A stretch of DNA of 64,000 nt from an uncultured Enterobacteriaceae bacterium (GCA_947631255.1 CANRKT010000008.1:2958-66957); one strand, 5' to 3'. Shown: positions 29,355-42,500, numbered from the stretch's first letter. Notes: a model not told the origin generated them from the sequence alone. Numbers and translations are program-made.

Positions 29355-30566
29355 ATGTTTAAATCTTTCTTCCCGTCACCGAGGATGTTCTTCATTTCGG
29401 CGGCTATCTGGGGACTTCTAGCGGTCATTAGCTGGCAAGCCGGTCTCGACCTCTGGCTTGAAAATGCAGTCGGTGCCAGCCAGCAAGAACCTCTCAATGC
29501 CACACGCTTCTGGTCACTTAAAGCGCTGGTTTTTTATGGCTATTATACGGCAAGCGTTGGCCTGTTTGCAGGATTCTGGTGCCTTTACAGACCGCATCGC
29601 TGGCAGCTTTGGTCAATACTGGGTTCATCACTGATTATTTTTGTTACATGGTTTTTGGTTGAGGTCGGCGTAGCAATCAATGCGTGGTATGCCCCGTTCT
29701 ACGATCTTATTCAAAAGGCATTAAGTTCACCCAATTCAGTGACACTCAAACAGTTCTATTATGAGACCGGGGTGTTTCTTGGTATTGCGTTAATTGCAGT
29801 CACTGTATCAGTGCTGAATAACTTTTTTATCAGTCACTATGTTTTTCGCTGGCGTACCGCGATGAATGAATATTATATGACGCACTGGCAAATGCTGCGC
29901 AATATCGAAGGTGCCGCTCAGCGTGTGCAGGAAGATACCATGCGTTTTGCTGCAACACTTGAGGATATGGGAGTCAGATTATTACAATCGGTGATGACAT
30001 TGATTGCTTTCTTACCAGTACTGGTTGCCTTATCTCCTCATGTACAAAGCATTCCGATTCTGGGACAAATGCCTTATGGTTTAGTGGTCGCGGCGATTGT
30101 TTGGTCTCTGGTCGGAACCGGTTTACTGGCCATGGTGGGAATTAAGCTTCCTGGATTACAGTTCAACAACCAGAAAGTGGAAGCGGCATATCGTAAAGAG
30201 CTAGTTTATGGTGAAGATGATGTTAATCGTGCAACACCGCCGACGGTAAAAGAGCTGTTTAGTGCTGTCCGGAATAACTATTTCCGGCTGTATTTCCACT
30301 ATACCTATTTTAATATTGCCCGTATTCTTTACCTGCAAGTCGATAACATTTTTGGTTTGTTCCTGATGTTCCCATCGATCGTCGCCGGAACGATCACGCT
30401 TGGGCTAATGACGCAGATAAATAATGTCTTTAGCCAAGTTCGCAGTGCTTTCCAGTATCTGATCAACTCCTGGACCACGCTGGTGGAACTGATGTCTATC
30501 TATAAGCGTTTACGTAGTTTTGAGCATACCTTGCAAGATATTCCCCATGATGAGGTCAAAGTTTAA
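29355..30566 (+). CDS. sbmA: Peptide transporter SbmA
   Basis: [35 protein letters not shown]. Confidence 0.97.
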   Translation: MFKSFFPSPRMFFISAAIWGLLAVISWQAGLDLWLENAVGASQQEPLNATRFWSLKALVFYGYYTASVGLFAGFWCLYRPHRWQLWSILGSSLIIFVTWFLVEVGVAINAWYAPFYDLIQKALSSPNSVTLKQFYYETGVFLGIALIAVTVSVLNNFFISHYVFRWRTAMNEYYMTHWQMLRNIEGAAQRVQEDTMRFAATLEDMGVRLLQSVMTLIAFLPVLVALSPHVQSIPILGQMPYGLVVAAIVWSLVGTGLLAMVGIKLPGLQFNNQKVEAAYRKELVYGEDDVNRATPPTVKELFSAVRNNYFRLYFHYTYFNIARILYLQVDNIFGLFLMFPSIVAGTITLGLMTQINNVFSQVRSAFQYLINSWTTLVELMSIYKRLRSFEHTLQDIPHDEVKV

Positions 30567-30758
30567 TTTTCAGGATTAATCCTTCCAGGTGGTAGCAGGG
30601 CAGCGTTAGAAATATTAATGCTGCCCTCAGCCCAATATCTTTCTGTATTCTTTAATCGTATTGTAAAGTTATCTGCAATATTAAGGTTACCTACGACTTA
30701 ATTACCTTTGTTATGCGACAATGCCGAAAGATTTCTTTCTGAGTGAATGAGGCTATTT

Positions 30759-30971
30759 ATGCTAACCCTGAAAATGCGTCGTGACTGGCATTATTATGCT
30801 GTAGCTGTGGGATTCATCTTTATTCTGAATGGTGTTATCGGCATTATGGGGTTAGAAACCACTGGCTGGAAAAGCTACGCAGTGGGCCTTGTGACTTGGA
30901 TTATCAGTTTCTGGCTGGCTGGATTTTTTATCCGCCGTCCTCATGAAGCAGAGAAGACAGCGGAAGAGTAG
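30759..30971 (+). CDS. yaiZ: DUF2754 small membrane protein YaiZ
   Basis: RRDWHYYA..GFIFILNG...GLVTWIISFWLAG; synteny before ddlA. Confidence 0.88.
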   Translation: MLTLKMRRDWHYYAVAVGFIFILNGVIGIMGLETTGWKSYAVGLVTWIISFWLAGFFIRRPHEAEKTAEE

Positions 30972-30977
30972 AGACTG

Positions 30978-32075
30978 TTAATTCATTGAGCTTTTTAATG
31001 CGCTATCTTGCTGGTGGCGCTCTAATGCTAGAGTAATAAGACGCGTAATTAACTCAGAGTAACCAATGCCGCTCGCCTGCCACAGCTTGGGATACATGCT
31101 GATATTGGTAAAACCAGGCAAGGTATTTATCTCATTAATAATAATATCGTTATCGCGAGTCAAAAAGACATCGACACGAGCCATACCGCTGCATTCGAGG
31201 GTTTGATAAGCCTGGATGGCAATAGCACGAATTTTATCGTTAATCTCTGCTGATAGTGCAGCTGGCACGACAACTTTGGCACTTTCTCCGTCGATATATT
31301 TTGTATCGTATGAGTAGAACTCACTGTTAACGACAATTTCGCCACAAGTGCTGGCTTCAGGATTATCGTTACCTAGCACCGCACATTCGATTTCACGACC
31401 ATTAATACCACGTTCAACCACGACTTTATGATCGAAAGTAAAGGCTAAAGCGACGGCATCATGAAACTGTTGTGCAGAGTTGACTTTGTTGACACCGACC
31501 GACGATCCCTGATTGGCGGGTTTAACAAACAAAGGCAGTCCAAGCTGCTGTTCAATATCAGTAAAATTGATTTTCCTACGATTAGCACGGGTCAGGGTGA
31601 TAAAGGGCGCGACATTCAGACCTGCGTCACGCAGCAAGCGTTTGGCGACATCTTTATCCATACTGACAGCAGATCCCAGGACACCAGAACCGACAAATGG
31701 CAGATTCGCAACTTTCAGCAAGCCTTGTAAACAACCATCTTCACCCAGGGTTCCATGGACAATTGGGAAAATAACATCCAGCTGTGAGAGAGGATGCGAA
31801 TTGCTGGCCTCAATCAACTGATGCTGTGCCTGTCCGGGGATAAGGGCAATATTGTTCCCTGAGTGATTGAGCGCAATAAGTGCCGGATCATCTGTATTTC
31901 GTAGATAACTGGTTGCATCATTAAGATGCCATTGTCCCTGTTTATCGATACCCAGTAACACCACATCAAATTTCGACTTATCAATGGCATCAACGATATT
32001 TTTTGCCGACTGCAGCGACACTTCGTGTTCTGCTGATTTTCCACCAAACACGATACCAACTCGCAGCTTTGTCAT
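30978..32075 (-). CDS. ddlA: D-alanine--D-alanine ligase A
   Basis: [46 protein letters not shown]. Confidence 0.97.
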   Translation of the reverse strand: MTKLRVGIVFGGKSAEHEVSLQSAKNIVDAIDKSKFDVVLLGIDKQGQWHLNDATSYLRNTDDPALIALNHSGNNIALIPGQAQHQLIEASNSHPLSQLDVIFPIVHGTLGEDGCLQGLLKVANLPFVGSGVLGSAVSMDKDVAKRLLRDAGLNVAPFITLTRANRRKINFTDIEQQLGLPLFVKPANQGSSVGVNKVNSAQQFHDAVALAFTFDHKVVVERGINGREIECAVLGNDNPEASTCGEIVVNSEFYSYDTKYIDGESAKVVVPAALSAEINDKIRAIAIQAYQTLECSGMARVDVFLTRDNDIIINEINTLPGFTNISMYPKLWQASGIGYSELITRLITLALERHQQDSALKSSMN

Positions 32076-32678
32076 GCTTGTCCCTACCTTCATGAATACC
32101 CAAAGAGGACAACATAGCATGGTCATAACTGGGATTCATACGCTTCCGCCACTATCAGGATGAGAAATGACAAAAATATTTCAGTTGACGCGTCATATCC
32201 GATTCATGTTTCGGATCACCGGAATGCGGTTTGGATTCCACTGACTGAATCAGATAGTGTATTTAGCGATAGGGCAGTAGAATAACAAATTACTAAGCAG
32301 TGAATTGATAACCTAAGGTGATAATAGACAGACGAAGGATATTCAGTTTGCTAAGGAAATAAAGGTAGTGATTTAAACTACATGGAGTATATTATTCAGC
32401 AGTAAAAGTGAGCAGGAAGGAATTGTTTTTTTGGTTTTTTATTCTGTTTAATGGCATATTTTAGACTCAACATCAACTACGGTAGCATTTTTTGTTATAA
32501 ACCAATCCGTTTTCGGCATAATAATCTTATCTTAAATACTGATTGAAAATATCATCAAGAAATATTGTTATATTGGTGCTCTTGTTATTTACTGATTTTT
32601 CAATTAATAATATATTGCTGAATACGTTTGGTTTATCTCAGGATAAACATCGCTTCTTAACCCATCGGAATTCAATTC

Positions 32679-32939
32679 ATGAAAAATTTCATTGCAGAGT
32701 TATTAATTAAACTCGCAAAAAAGGAAGAAGAAACGAAAGAGTTGTTGATTCAAATTAGGACGCTGGAAGTTATTGTTACGGGGCTATTACAGTCTCTTGA
32801 CAAAGAACAGAAGCTTAAGCTCATTGGTAGTATAGAGGTCACTCTGGAATCTTTGTCTCATAGTGCATCAATCGATGGCTATGATAGTTATGAGTTAAAT
32901 AAAAACTTGGCAAGGTTACTGTTAATTCAAAACTGCTAG
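32679..32939 (+). CDS. iraP: Anti-adapter protein IraP
   Basis: MKNFIAELLIKLAKKEEETKEL; synteny ddlA-iraP-phoA. Confidence 0.88.
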   Translation: MKNFIAELLIKLAKKEEETKELLIQIRTLEVIVTGLLQSLDKEQKLKLIGSIEVTLESLSHSASIDGYDSYELNKNLARLLLIQNC

Positions 32940-32959
32940 TTCAATATATCGTTATGGTA

Positions 32960-32977
32960 CTGTCATTTGTTATTGCT
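32960..32977 (+). promoter_or_regulatory. Decayed Pho box of phoA
   Basis: CTGTCAT half-site intact; second half-site degenerate (TATTGCT). Confidence 0.5.
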
Positions 32978-33028
32978 ATACTTTTTCCGTTTTATTCTTT
33001 TTAAAACATTTCTTACGGAGAAAATAAC

Positions 33029-33634
33029 GTGAAACTACGTGCTATTATCGTCGCTATGCTGCCTTGATTTTTGCATCCCCCCTTCCTCTCATGCGCAAGA
33101 TAATCTCCCTCTCTGGAAAACCGTGCAGCTCAAGGTGATATGAGTCCGCCCGTGAATACCAAACAAGATGAAAGTACTCCAACGCTGGCACAGATAATCG
33201 AAAAAGCCATTGATTTGCTGAAAGGTAACGAAAATGGATTCTTTTTGCAGGGTGAAGGGAGTCCTATTGGTAAACAAGAGCATGCTGCTAATCCATGTGG
33301 ACAGAGCGGTGAAACAGTAGATTTGGATGAAGCCGTTCAGAGCGTATTAGAATTTGCTCGCAAAGAGGGAAATACCTTGGTGGTGGTAACAGCAGATCAT
33401 GCTGACACTCGCCAGATTGTTGCCCCGGAAACGAAAGCGCCAGGCCTGACTCAAGCACGGAACACTAAGATGGTGCTGTCATGGCTATCAGCCAGGGTAA
33501 CTCAGAGGGTAAACCTCAGAAGCATACGGGTTCTCAACTGTGCATTGCAGTTTATGATCCACATGCTGCTGATGTCGTTGGCTTTAACTGAGCAGAAAAA
33601 TCTATTTTTTACTATAAAATCAGCGTTGAAATAA
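33029..33634 (+). pseudogene. phoA: Alkaline phosphatase pseudogene with large internal deletion and frameshifts
   Basis: GGAGAAAATAAC-GTG start as in E. coli phoA; stop at codon 13. LENRAAQGD is fused directly to [33 protein letters not shown] (C-terminal third). Compensating frameshifts near the 3' end. Confidence 0.92.
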
Positions 33635-33692
33635 GGTAAAAAACGCGGCCGCATTTTGAACGGTGGCCACGTTTTTAGACAGCGGATAAACG

Positions 33693-34502
33693 CTAGCTTT
33701 TGCTGAGTTGCTCAGATTTCTCCATACACTTCACCATGGCTTCAATAACCGCTGAACGGAATCCTTTTTCTTCCAGAACTCTAACGGCTTCAATGGTCGT
33801 ACCGCTTGGTGAACAGACTTTGTCTTTTAGCTCACCGGGATGCGTGTCGGTTTCTAGCACCATTTTAGCTGAGCCCATAAGCGTTTGTGCAGCAAAACGA
33901 TAGGCCTGTTGACGAGGCATTCCGCCTAATACTGCTGCATCCGCCATTGCTTCAATAAACATAAAGACATAGGCAGGAGCAGAACCACTAACACCCACGA
34001 CTGCATTAATCAGTGACTCACTGACCACTTCAGCATGACCAAAGCTGCGGAAAATATTGACAGCATCAGAAATATCTTCTGGTGTGACCAATGAGTTAGG
34101 TGTGACAGAAGTCACCCCTGCATTGACCAGTGCGGGAGTATTCGGCATTGCCCGGATAATTTTCCGGTCATGCCCTAATACTTTTGCGAGCGTCTCTAAT
34201 GTAATACCTGCCGCAATAGAGATAACCACAGTATCTTTGTTCAGACTGGAGTTTACCTCACTCATCACTTTTAGCATGATATTCGGTTTCACCGCACCAA
34301 AGACAATATCTGCAACTTGAGCGACTTGTTGAGCGCTTTCGGCCACATTGATAGCAAATTTTTCGCGTAAGGCCTCGACTTTATCGGGAGACGGAGTGTA
34401 AACCCAGATATTACCAGGAGCGACCTGGCCACTGGCTATCATGCCCTCCAGAATCGCTTGTCCCATATTGCCACAACCAATAAATCCAATTTTCTTATCC
34501 AT
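33693..34502 (-). CDS. proC: Pyrroline-5-carboxylate reductase
   Basis: KIGFIGCGNMG, RAMPNTP, SGSAPAY, CSPSGTT. Confidence 0.97.
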   Translation of the reverse strand: MDKKIGFIGCGNMGQAILEGMIASGQVAPGNIWVYTPSPDKVEALREKFAINVAESAQQVAQVADIVFGAVKPNIMLKVMSEVNSSLNKDTVVISIAAGITLETLAKVLGHDRKIIRAMPNTPALVNAGVTSVTPNSLVTPEDISDAVNIFRSFGHAEVVSESLINAVVGVSGSAPAYVFMFIEAMADAAVLGGMPRQQAYRFAAQTLMGSAKMVLETDTHPGELKDKVCSPSGTTIEAVRVLEEKGFRSAVIEAMVKCMEKSEQLSKS

Positions 34503-34687
34503 CGTCTGACTCCATGGTGATGCATTCATGAGATTTTATTAAAGTTTAATGGTTTTTTAATGATTATGCTTAAGTTTAACCCGTTGCAATCAAATACTAT
34601 CGTCAATAAATATTACCTGGTTTATAGGCCAGAAAGTGGAAAAAATGGCAAAATACCTTTCATTGACGTTAACAATCTGGAGTTGTA

Positions 34688-35146
34688 ATGCAAATTTGGG
34701 TGGATGCTGATGCCTGTCCTAATGTCATCAAAGAGATCCTGTTCCGCGCAGCGGAAAGGGCACAGGTTCATGTGACGCTGGTGGCGAACCAGTTAATAAG
34801 AACCCCGCCATCACGCTTTGTTCGAAGTCTGCAAGTCGCTTCAGGTTTTGATGTTGCAGACAATGAAATTGTTCGTCGCTGCGAAAAAGATGATTTAGTG
34901 ATAACCGCTGATATTCCTCTGGCGGCGGATGTTTTGAATAAAGAAGCTATTGCTCTCAACCCGCGAGGGGAACTCTACACTCCAGCGACTATCCGTGAAC
35001 GTCTTACGATGCGCGATTTTATGGATACCTTACGTGCCAGTGGGGTGCAGACAGGAGGGCCGGATAGCCTGAGTCAGCGCGACAGGCAGCAGTTTGCTAA
35101 CGAATTGGAAAAGTGGTTATTGATGGTTTTCAGGAAAAATAAGTAA
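34688..35146 (+). CDS. yaiI: UPF0178 protein YaiI
   Basis: [20 protein letters not shown]. Confidence 0.95.
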   Translation: MQIWVDADACPNVIKEILFRAAERAQVHVTLVANQLIRTPPSRFVRSLQVASGFDVADNEIVRRCEKDDLVITADIPLAADVLNKEAIALNPRGELYTPATIRERLTMRDFMDTLRASGVQTGGPDSLSQRDRQQFANELEKWLLMVFRKNK

Positions 35147-35426
35147 TGTTATCGGGATTGGTTTTCCCAGTAAATTTAACCATTATTACTGATTAAGCGC
35201 TTAAAGCTTCACCCACTGTGACCTGCCGCTTACTGAGTTTGATAGCCAATTGAGTAAGCTGCAGGTCATGTATGCTGGGGAGCAGTTAAAGCGTGTAATC
35301 AGGCGTTTTTAACATTAAAGAATAAAGCCATATACAGTGTAACCTTTTGATATGGTATATTTAGTTTACACATTTAGTTGTTTATTACTGTGTAACTACT
35401 GACAATAATATGAACTCGATGAGTTA

Positions 35427-35444
35427 TGTAACGTTATTTTTACG
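35427..35444. promoter_or_regulatory. Putative TyrR box upstream of aroL
   Basis: TGTAAC-GTTATT-TTTACG versus TGTAAA-N6-TTTACA; aroL is TyrR-regulated in E. coli. Confidence 0.55.
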
Positions 35445-35538
35445 TTTTTCTCTTTCTTGATTCGATGGTATTATTCGTGGCCTTGTCTTGCTTTTGTTAT
35501 TACTGACCTGAAGACTGTTCTTCTGAGGATTTGCCCTG

Positions 35539-36072
35539 ATGATTCAACCCGTATTCCTGGTCGGCGCTCGCGGCTGTGGTAAAACAACGATTGGTCGTGC
35601 TTTGGCGAAAACTCTGGGTTATGCTTTTGCTGATACGGACAGCTACTTGCTTACCAGTACGGGTAAAAGTGTTGCTGAGATTGTGTCAGCAGAAGGTTGG
35701 CCAGGGTTTCGAGCGCGTGAGTCTCTGGCATTAAAACACGTCACTGCGGCTTCGACTGTTATTGCGACTGGAGGGGGAATGATCCTTTCAGAAAGTAATC
35801 GCCAGTTTATGGCTGAGCGTGGAGTGACTATCTGGCTAAATGTTCCTGCTGATATTTTAGCTGCGCGACTAGATGCTTCTCCGGAAGAGGCCCAGCGTCC
35901 TACTTTAACCGGAAAAAGTATAGTAGACGAAATAGTCGATGTCCTGGCTGCCCGTGAGGAACTTTATCGTCAAACTGCTCGTCATATTATTGACGCCACG
36001 CACTCTCCGGACAGTATTGTCGAGTCTGTTATTAGTGTATTACAGATGTCTAATGTTAACTCAGCTATTTAG
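35539..36072 (+). CDS. aroL: Shikimate kinase II
   Basis: GARGCGKTT, FRARE, IATGGG, RPTLTG. Confidence 0.95.
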   Translation: MIQPVFLVGARGCGKTTIGRALAKTLGYAFADTDSYLLTSTGKSVAEIVSAEGWPGFRARESLALKHVTAASTVIATGGGMILSESNRQFMAERGVTIWLNVPADILAARLDASPEEAQRPTLTGKSIVDEIVDVLAAREELYRQTARHIIDATHSPDSIVESVISVLQMSNVNSAI

Positions 36073-36415
36073 TTATCCGTTAGTCTGCCGATAACAATGA
36101 TTGTGCACCCTGTTAGCAGGTAGGCTATAGCCTCAAAATAAAGCGGTATTACGTTACTCATAACCTCGAATAATATCTTATATATTAATCATTTATTTAT
36201 AAAAAAGCCGTCTTATTAGTCAATAAATTCTTGTTGGAATAAATACTAGATTGTTACAGGTGTGTTATTTTAATATTGTTTGGAATTGATGTGAAGCTCT
36301 GCCTTACACTGGTTCGTTATCCCATTTTTATTGATATAGCGAATATATAGTGTTGTAGCTCATGACGGATCAATACTGGACATTGAACTGATACGAAGCA
36401 GAGGCGACGCAAAGT

Positions 36416-37096
36416 ATGAAACCCACTGTAGCGATTCTCTCCATTGGCATGGTGCCTGTGGATGAGATCAGAACGATTTTAACAGAACATTTGGAAGATG
36501 AAGCAATTACTCATATTAGTTTATTGGGCGATATGTCACGGGAAGACGTTAGTTTAGAATTCGCCCCGGATATTATTGATGAAGAGCAGCACCTTGTCCG
36601 AATGAGTGATAATCAGCTTGTTAGTGTTAGCTGTAATAAAGTCTCTGCAGCGATGCAAAACTTAGTTTTATTACTCGATAAGCTGAATTATGAAGTTATT
36701 CTGCTCATGAATACCATGCCTCTGGGCGGACTGAAAGTTAAGAATGCAATTCTTTTGGAACCCGATCGCATCCTCCCACCACTTGTCGCCTCTATCGTTA
36801 AGAACCATCAAATGGGGATGATTCTGCCTTTTCCGGAGCTTATCAGGTATCAGCAAAATAAATGGCATTTGCTTGAAAAAATACCACTCTATGAAGTTGC
36901 TAATCCTGTCGATGGTTCTGATGAAGAATTACTCCATGCCGCTCAGCAATTAATTGAGCGGGGAGCCACAGTCATTGTGCTGGATTATTTGGTCTTTATG
37001 CACCGACATCAGCAATTATTAGAACAACATTTTGGTATCCCAGTGCTTCTTTCCAATATGCTGGTTGCCAGACTGGCAGCAGAACTGCTTGACTAA
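36416..37096 (+). CDS. aroM: AroM family protein
   Basis: AILSIG, LLEPDRILPPLV, PVLLSNMLVARLAAEL; synteny. Confidence 0.88.
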   Translation: MKPTVAILSIGMVPVDEIRTILTEHLEDEAITHISLLGDMSREDVSLEFAPDIIDEEQHLVRMSDNQLVSVSCNKVSAAMQNLVLLLDKLNYEVILLMNTMPLGGLKVKNAILLEPDRILPPLVASIVKNHQMGMILPFPELIRYQQNKWHLLEKIPLYEVANPVDGSDEELLHAAQQLIERGATVIVLDYLVFMHRHQQLLEQHFGIPVLLSNMLVARLAAELLD

Positions 37097-37237
37097 ATAA
37101 ACTCAGTGATGGGATGAATTTTATGAAAGCAACATTCAGATAACGTGAAGTCTGACGAGTATAATTATCGTGACAGGACAGAGTATTACCCCCTATATTA
37201 TTTTTTAAAATTTTTTCTTTCGATAAAGGGTTTGTCC

Positions 37238-37531
37238 ATGCTTCAGAGTAACGAGTACTTTTCAGGTAAAGTAAAATCCATTGGTTTCGATAGCAGCAGT
37301 ACTGGTCGCGCAAGTGTAGGTGTGATGGCTGAGGGGGAGTATACGTTTGGGACTGCTGAGCCAGAAGAGATGACGGTGGTAAGCGGTGCCCTGAATGTTT
37401 TACTGCCTGGCGAAATTGAGTGGAAAATTTATGGTGCAGGTGATGTTTTCCATATTCCCGGTAACAGTGAGTTTAATCTTCAGGTCGCAGAGCCAACTGC
37501 TTATCTCTGTCGTTATCTGTCTGATAAATAA
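37238..37531 (+). CDS. ppnP: Pyrimidine/purine nucleoside phosphorylase PpnP (YaiE)
   Basis: [17 protein letters not shown]...[10 protein letters not shown]. Confidence 0.95.
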   Translation: MLQSNEYFSGKVKSIGFDSSSTGRASVGVMAEGEYTFGTAEPEEMTVVSGALNVLLPGEIEWKIYGAGDVFHIPGNSEFNLQVAEPTAYLCRYLSDK

Positions 37532-37535
37532 GAAT

Positions 37536-37563
37536 GATACAGAGCGCGTTTGCGCTCTGTATC
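37536..37563. terminator. Hairpin between convergent ppnP and rdgC
   Basis: GATACAGAGCGC-GTTT-GCGCTCTGTATC. Confidence 0.65.
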
Positions 37564-37575
37564 CTGTAGTGTTAA

Positions 37576-38487
37576 TTAATGCTGTGCTTCGCCGCCTAAA
37601 GCATCAATCAGGCTTTTTATCAGAGCGGTTAACTCTGCGGTCATCAGAATAAAGTCAGCATCAAAACGCTGCCCCACATCTTCCCTGTCGATATCGTCAT
37701 TTTGCTCACGCAAAATATCAGAAAACTTTAGCCGCTTAATCGAGGCATCATCAGCAATCACGAACTGCACTCTTTCCTGATAATCTAACGCCAGTTTGGT
37801 GACCACTTTACCTGATTCGATATGATTGGCTATTTCATCACAGACCAAATCTTGCTGCTTACAACGGATCACTCCGCCGCCTTCCAGCATTGACTTCAAT
37901 TCAGCCTCATCCATCAGGGCAAAACCAGCAGGTGTCTCACCAGAACGAACCCATTCAGTCAGCGTTAATTCCAGCGGCTTTTCGAGAGTCAGGGGCACTA
38001 CCGGTAATGATCCCAGGCTTTTACGCAACAAGGCCAGTGTGTCTTCTGCTTTTTTAGCGCTGGCACAGTCCAGCATAATTAAATTATTGGTCGTATCTAT
38101 CCAGACCATCGTCTGATTAAAACGACTAAAAGCACGCGGCAATAAACTATGAAGTACTTCATCTTTTAGTGAATCTTTTTCGGTTTTTTTCAGTTTCCGA
38201 GCTTGTTCCGCTTCCAGCTTATTGATTTTAGCTTCAAGAGTTTGCTTAATGACTGACGCGGGCAGCATTTTCTCTTCTTTACGGGCGCAAATGATAATTT
38301 GACCATCAGCGATATGGGTGAGTGCATCACTGTGCGACCCCATAGGCGAGACCCAACCCGTTTTTGCCATATCCTGGCTACCACAAGGGGTGAAGGAAAA
38401 TTCGGCTAACTGTCTTTCCATTGCGTCCGCCGTTAGCGTGATATCACGACTTAAACGGTACACCATTAAATTTTTAAACCACAGCAT
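37576..38487 (-). CDS. rdgC: Recombination-associated protein RdgC
   Basis: [19 protein letters not shown]. Confidence 0.97.
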   Translation of the reverse strand: MLWFKNLMVYRLSRDITLTADAMERQLAEFSFTPCGSQDMAKTGWVSPMGSHSDALTHIADGQIIICARKEEKMLPASVIKQTLEAKINKLEAEQARKLKKTEKDSLKDEVLHSLLPRAFSRFNQTMVWIDTTNNLIMLDCASAKKAEDTLALLRKSLGSLPVVPLTLEKPLELTLTEWVRSGETPAGFALMDEAELKSMLEGGGVIRCKQQDLVCDEIANHIESGKVVTKLALDYQERVQFVIADDASIKRLKFSDILREQNDDIDREDVGQRFDADFILMTAELTALIKSLIDALGGEAQH

Positions 38488-38581
38488 GACTCAGTCCTGG
38501 ATTGGTCAGTTAAACGCAGAGTGTATGATAACGAATTGATGATGGTCTTTATACCCGTCATGTATTTTTGAGGAAGATATC

Positions 38582-39493
38582 GTGCGTATAGGCATTGATT
38601 TGGGTGGAACAAAAACGGAAGTTATTGCACTGGCTGATAATGGTACTGAGCTTTTTCGGCATCGTTTGCCAACACCTAAAAATGATTATCAGGCAACAAT
38701 TCGTACAATTGTTGAACTGGTCGCTAATGCGGAAGCGGCGACAGGAGAGCGTGGCACAGTGGGGATTGGGCTTCCGGGCTCTATCTCACCCTATACCCGT
38801 GTAGTAAAGAATGCCAATTCGACCTGGCTGAATGGGCAGCCTTTTGACCGTGATTTACAGCTGGCATTAAATCGAGATGTTCGGCTGGCAAATGATGCTA
38901 ACTGTCTGGCGGTATCAGAAGCGATTGACGGTGCGGCGAGTGAGGCACAAATTGTTTTTGCTGTAATTATTGGTACTGGATGCGGAGCCGGAATTGCCAT
39001 TAACGGGCGTAGTATTATCGGCGGTAATGGCACCGCCGGAGAGTGGGGGCATAATCCACTTCCCTGGATGGATAACGAAGAATTACGTATTGGCGAGCAG
39101 CTTCCCTGCTATTGCGGCAAGCAAGGGTGCATTGAAACCTTTGTTTCCGGTAGTGGCTTCAGCGCTGACTTTCAGCGTCTAAGTGGTGAAAGGCTTGGGG
39201 GGCATGAGATTATTGCGCGTGCCGAACAGCGAGACGCTCTGGCTGAACAGGCCATCGGGCGTTATGAAACTCGCCTTGCCAAATCTCTGGCGCATATCGT
39301 GAATATCCTTGACCCGGATGTGATTGTATTGGGCGGGGGAATGAGTAATGTTGACCGGCTCTATCAAACACTTCCACAACTCATTAAACCCTGGGTATTC
39401 GGGCGCGAGTGTGAAACCCCCATTCTGAAAGCGCAGCATGGGGATTCCAGTGGCGTACGGGGTGCAGCATGGTTATGGCCGCTCGAAAAATAG
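38582..39493 (+). CDS. mak: ROK-family fructokinase Mak
   Basis: [30 protein letters not shown]. Confidence 0.95.
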   Translation: MRIGIDLGGTKTEVIALADNGTELFRHRLPTPKNDYQATIRTIVELVANAEAATGERGTVGIGLPGSISPYTRVVKNANSTWLNGQPFDRDLQLALNRDVRLANDANCLAVSEAIDGAASEAQIVFAVIIGTGCGAGIAINGRSIIGGNGTAGEWGHNPLPWMDNEELRIGEQLPCYCGKQGCIETFVSGSGFSADFQRLSGERLGGHEIIARAEQRDALAEQAIGRYETRLAKSLAHIVNILDPDVIVLGGGMSNVDRLYQTLPQLIKPWVFGRECETPILKAQHGDSSGVRGAAWLWPLEK

Positions 39494-39510
39494 CGACCTT
39501 CAGTTTGCCG

Positions 39511-42500
39511 TCAGTTGACGGCAAACGCTTTGTCCAGTTTGCTGATACCGAGTCCGTTTATTTTTTTCACTTTCACTTGTACCGGGATCCGGTCTTTCAT
39601 CGCCTCTACGTGACTTATCACGCCGATAGTTTTACCGCTGGCGTTAAGGGCATCCAGAGCATCAAGAGCGATATCCAGAGTCTCAGTATCGAGAGTGCCA
39701 AATCCTTCATCCAGGAACAGCGAGTCAATGCGTGTCTTATGGCTGACGAGATCAGACAGAGCCAATGCCAGGGCTAAACTGACCAGGAAGCTTTCTCCGC
39801 CCGAGAGTGTTCTGGTATCACGCAGGGCATCAGCCTGCCAGGTATCCACCACCTGGAGTTCCAGAGCCTCGCTATCTTTACGTTGTAACAGATAACGACC
39901 ATGCAGACGATTCAGCTGATTGTTGGCGAGCCAGACCAGATTATCCAGCGTCAGTCCCTGGGCGAATTTACGGAATTTATCTCCTTCTTTTGATCCAATA
40001 AGCGCATTGAGATCCCCCCAGTCTTGTAACTGTTTTTCTTGCTCTTTTATCGTTTGAATCAAAGCCGACTGACGCTGCTGGTTAGCCGCATCATACTGAA
40101 GCTGTTGCTGAATTTTCCCCTGTTGGGTGGTGTTCTCACGCAGTTGTTGCGTATGTTGTGCTATCTGAATTTCCAGTGTTTTTACATCAACTTCATCGCT
40201 CAGTGTCACCGGTCGGGTGGCATGATGTTCCGCCAGCGTCTGTTTTGCCTGTAACAGCAGCGTGGTTTGTTGATGTTGCTGACGTTCAAGTTCTTCTTTG
40301 CGCTCTGTGAGTGCCTGACGCTGGTTTTCATCAAGTAATGCGCTATAGAAATCATCGTCATTACTGAATGGGCTTAGTGTCAAGGCCGCATTAAACTGAA
40401 GCTGAGCCGCAGACAGTTCAGCTTCACTCTGTTGTAACTGTTGTTGCAAGGCGTGGCGCTCCCCCTCCAGGCGGGTGCTCTCGCTGTACAGATGTTGCCA
40501 GTTTTGCAGCGCAGTAAGCTGCTGGCTCTCATCGAGGGCAGGCGGCGTACTGCCATCATCTGGCAGAGTTGAAAGTACTGGCTCCAGGGCAGCAAGTTGC
40601 AGCTGTAGCTGAGGAATCAAAGCTTGCTCTTTTTGCCAGTGATGTGATTCCTTCTGGCGTGCGTCAAGCCATTGGGCTTCTTCGCCACTTTTCGGATGGG
40701 TAAGTCCTGCATTTTCAAGGCTTGTCATCAGAGTATTATGTTGAGCGCTAATCGCTGTCTTCAACTGTTGATATTGTAAGTTGAGTTGTTGATGTTGTGC
40801 TTCCAGCTGCTGGCGTTCATTCAGTTGTCGCAGGCTGTGCTCGTACTGCTCCTGCTTATCCAGCCACTGGCTGATATCTTCATCAAGAGACAGCGTTATT
40901 TCTAAGTCACTACAGCACTGTTGCCACTGTGCAGTGAGTACCGCTTCTTCTTCCTGAATCTGTGTCAGAACCCGTCCTGTTTTTCCACGCTGCTGATGCT
41001 GTGTTTCTAGCTGGCCTTTTATCGCTGCACCTTGTTTAGCAAGTACTTCCACTTCCTGAGTCAGAGAAGCCAGTTGCTGCTGACTTTCCGCGGCCTGGAT
41101 CTGTTGATAGGCGATAACGGCCGGATGCTCTGTAGATCCGCAAAGTGGGCAGGGTTGCCCAGACTCCAGACGTGCCCGTTCAGCTTCGAGACTCTGAATA
41201 CGTTTTTCCAAATCAACGATTTTGGCCTGCGCACTTTCTTGCTGCCGGACATTTTTATAGCGCTGGCGGGTCGCATTGAGCAGTGTTTCTTGCTCGGTTA
41301 TCTGCTTATCGAGTTGCTGCTGATCGGTCGTGAGTTCGGTCTTCTGCTTATTGAGAGCATGGAGCTGTTGATGAAGCAAAGCCAGCTTTTGATGTAAAGA
41401 CCGCGCGGCGATCTGCTTTTGTAAGTAAATACTTACCTCGTTGGCTGTTAACGAAAGTGCGGAGGGCGGTAAGGCCTGTAATTTACGCTGACTAACGTCA
41501 ATACTGTGTTGCCATTCGGTGAGCTGCTGCTCATCACGCCTTAGTCGTTCAAAAGAACCGCTCCAGCCAGCGAGTTCGCTGCCCCACAGGCGATACTTAT
41601 CATGAGCCTTAAGCCAACCTTGCTTTTTTGCCAGGGTGTTTTGCAATTCACTGGCACGTTTTCCGGCCAGTAAGCGAGTCTGCTGCCGATACAAAGCGAT
41701 ATGTTGTAAGCGGGTATTTACCTCAACGCTGTACTGCACTTTCTGCTGGTGTGTTTTCAGTCGTTCTTCCAGCCGTAATGCATCAGGACGTAATCCTTCA
41801 GCCTGTAGTGCACGAGTCAGTTTGTTTTGTTGCGGCGCGAAATCCAGTAGGGTCTGCTGGAGATTGTTGACTGTCTGTTGTTGCTGCTGTTGCTGGAGTG
41901 TCAGCCGGGTAAGTTGAGTTAACCACTGGTGATGGTGCTGGCGTTGTCGTAAGGTTTCAAGCCAGGCCTTTTCACTCGTTGCCAGCGCGTGCAACTGTTC
42001 TGTGAGTTGCTGTTGCTGGGACTCACTCAGTAAGGTGATCCCTTCGGCTTGCGCGAGTTGAATATCGAGCTGATTTTTTATCTGTTTATAGTTTTCAAAG
42101 ACAGCACTCGACAGGAAACCGTAGATCTCTGTTCCGGTTAGTTCTTCCAGTAATGAGGCTCTGTCATTAGCACTGGCATTTAAAAAGGCAGCAAACTGCC
42201 CCTGAGATAACATCATCGAGCGTGTAAAACGACCGTAATCCAGCCCGGTTAATGAAGCAGTGGCTTCCAGTTTATCTTTCACTTTATCGGCAATAATTTT
42301 TCCGTCACTGACGCGTGCCAGCTCGACTCTCGGGGCTTGCAGATTACCATTGATGGCGTTACGTGCACGGTTCTGACTCCAGAAAGCACGCCAGGCGACA
42401 CCTTTCACTTCAAATTCAACCTCTGCCAGACACTCGGCAGTATCTCGCGTCATTAAATCGTTCTGTGACTGAGTCAGGGTATTCAGGCGAGGTGTCTGGT

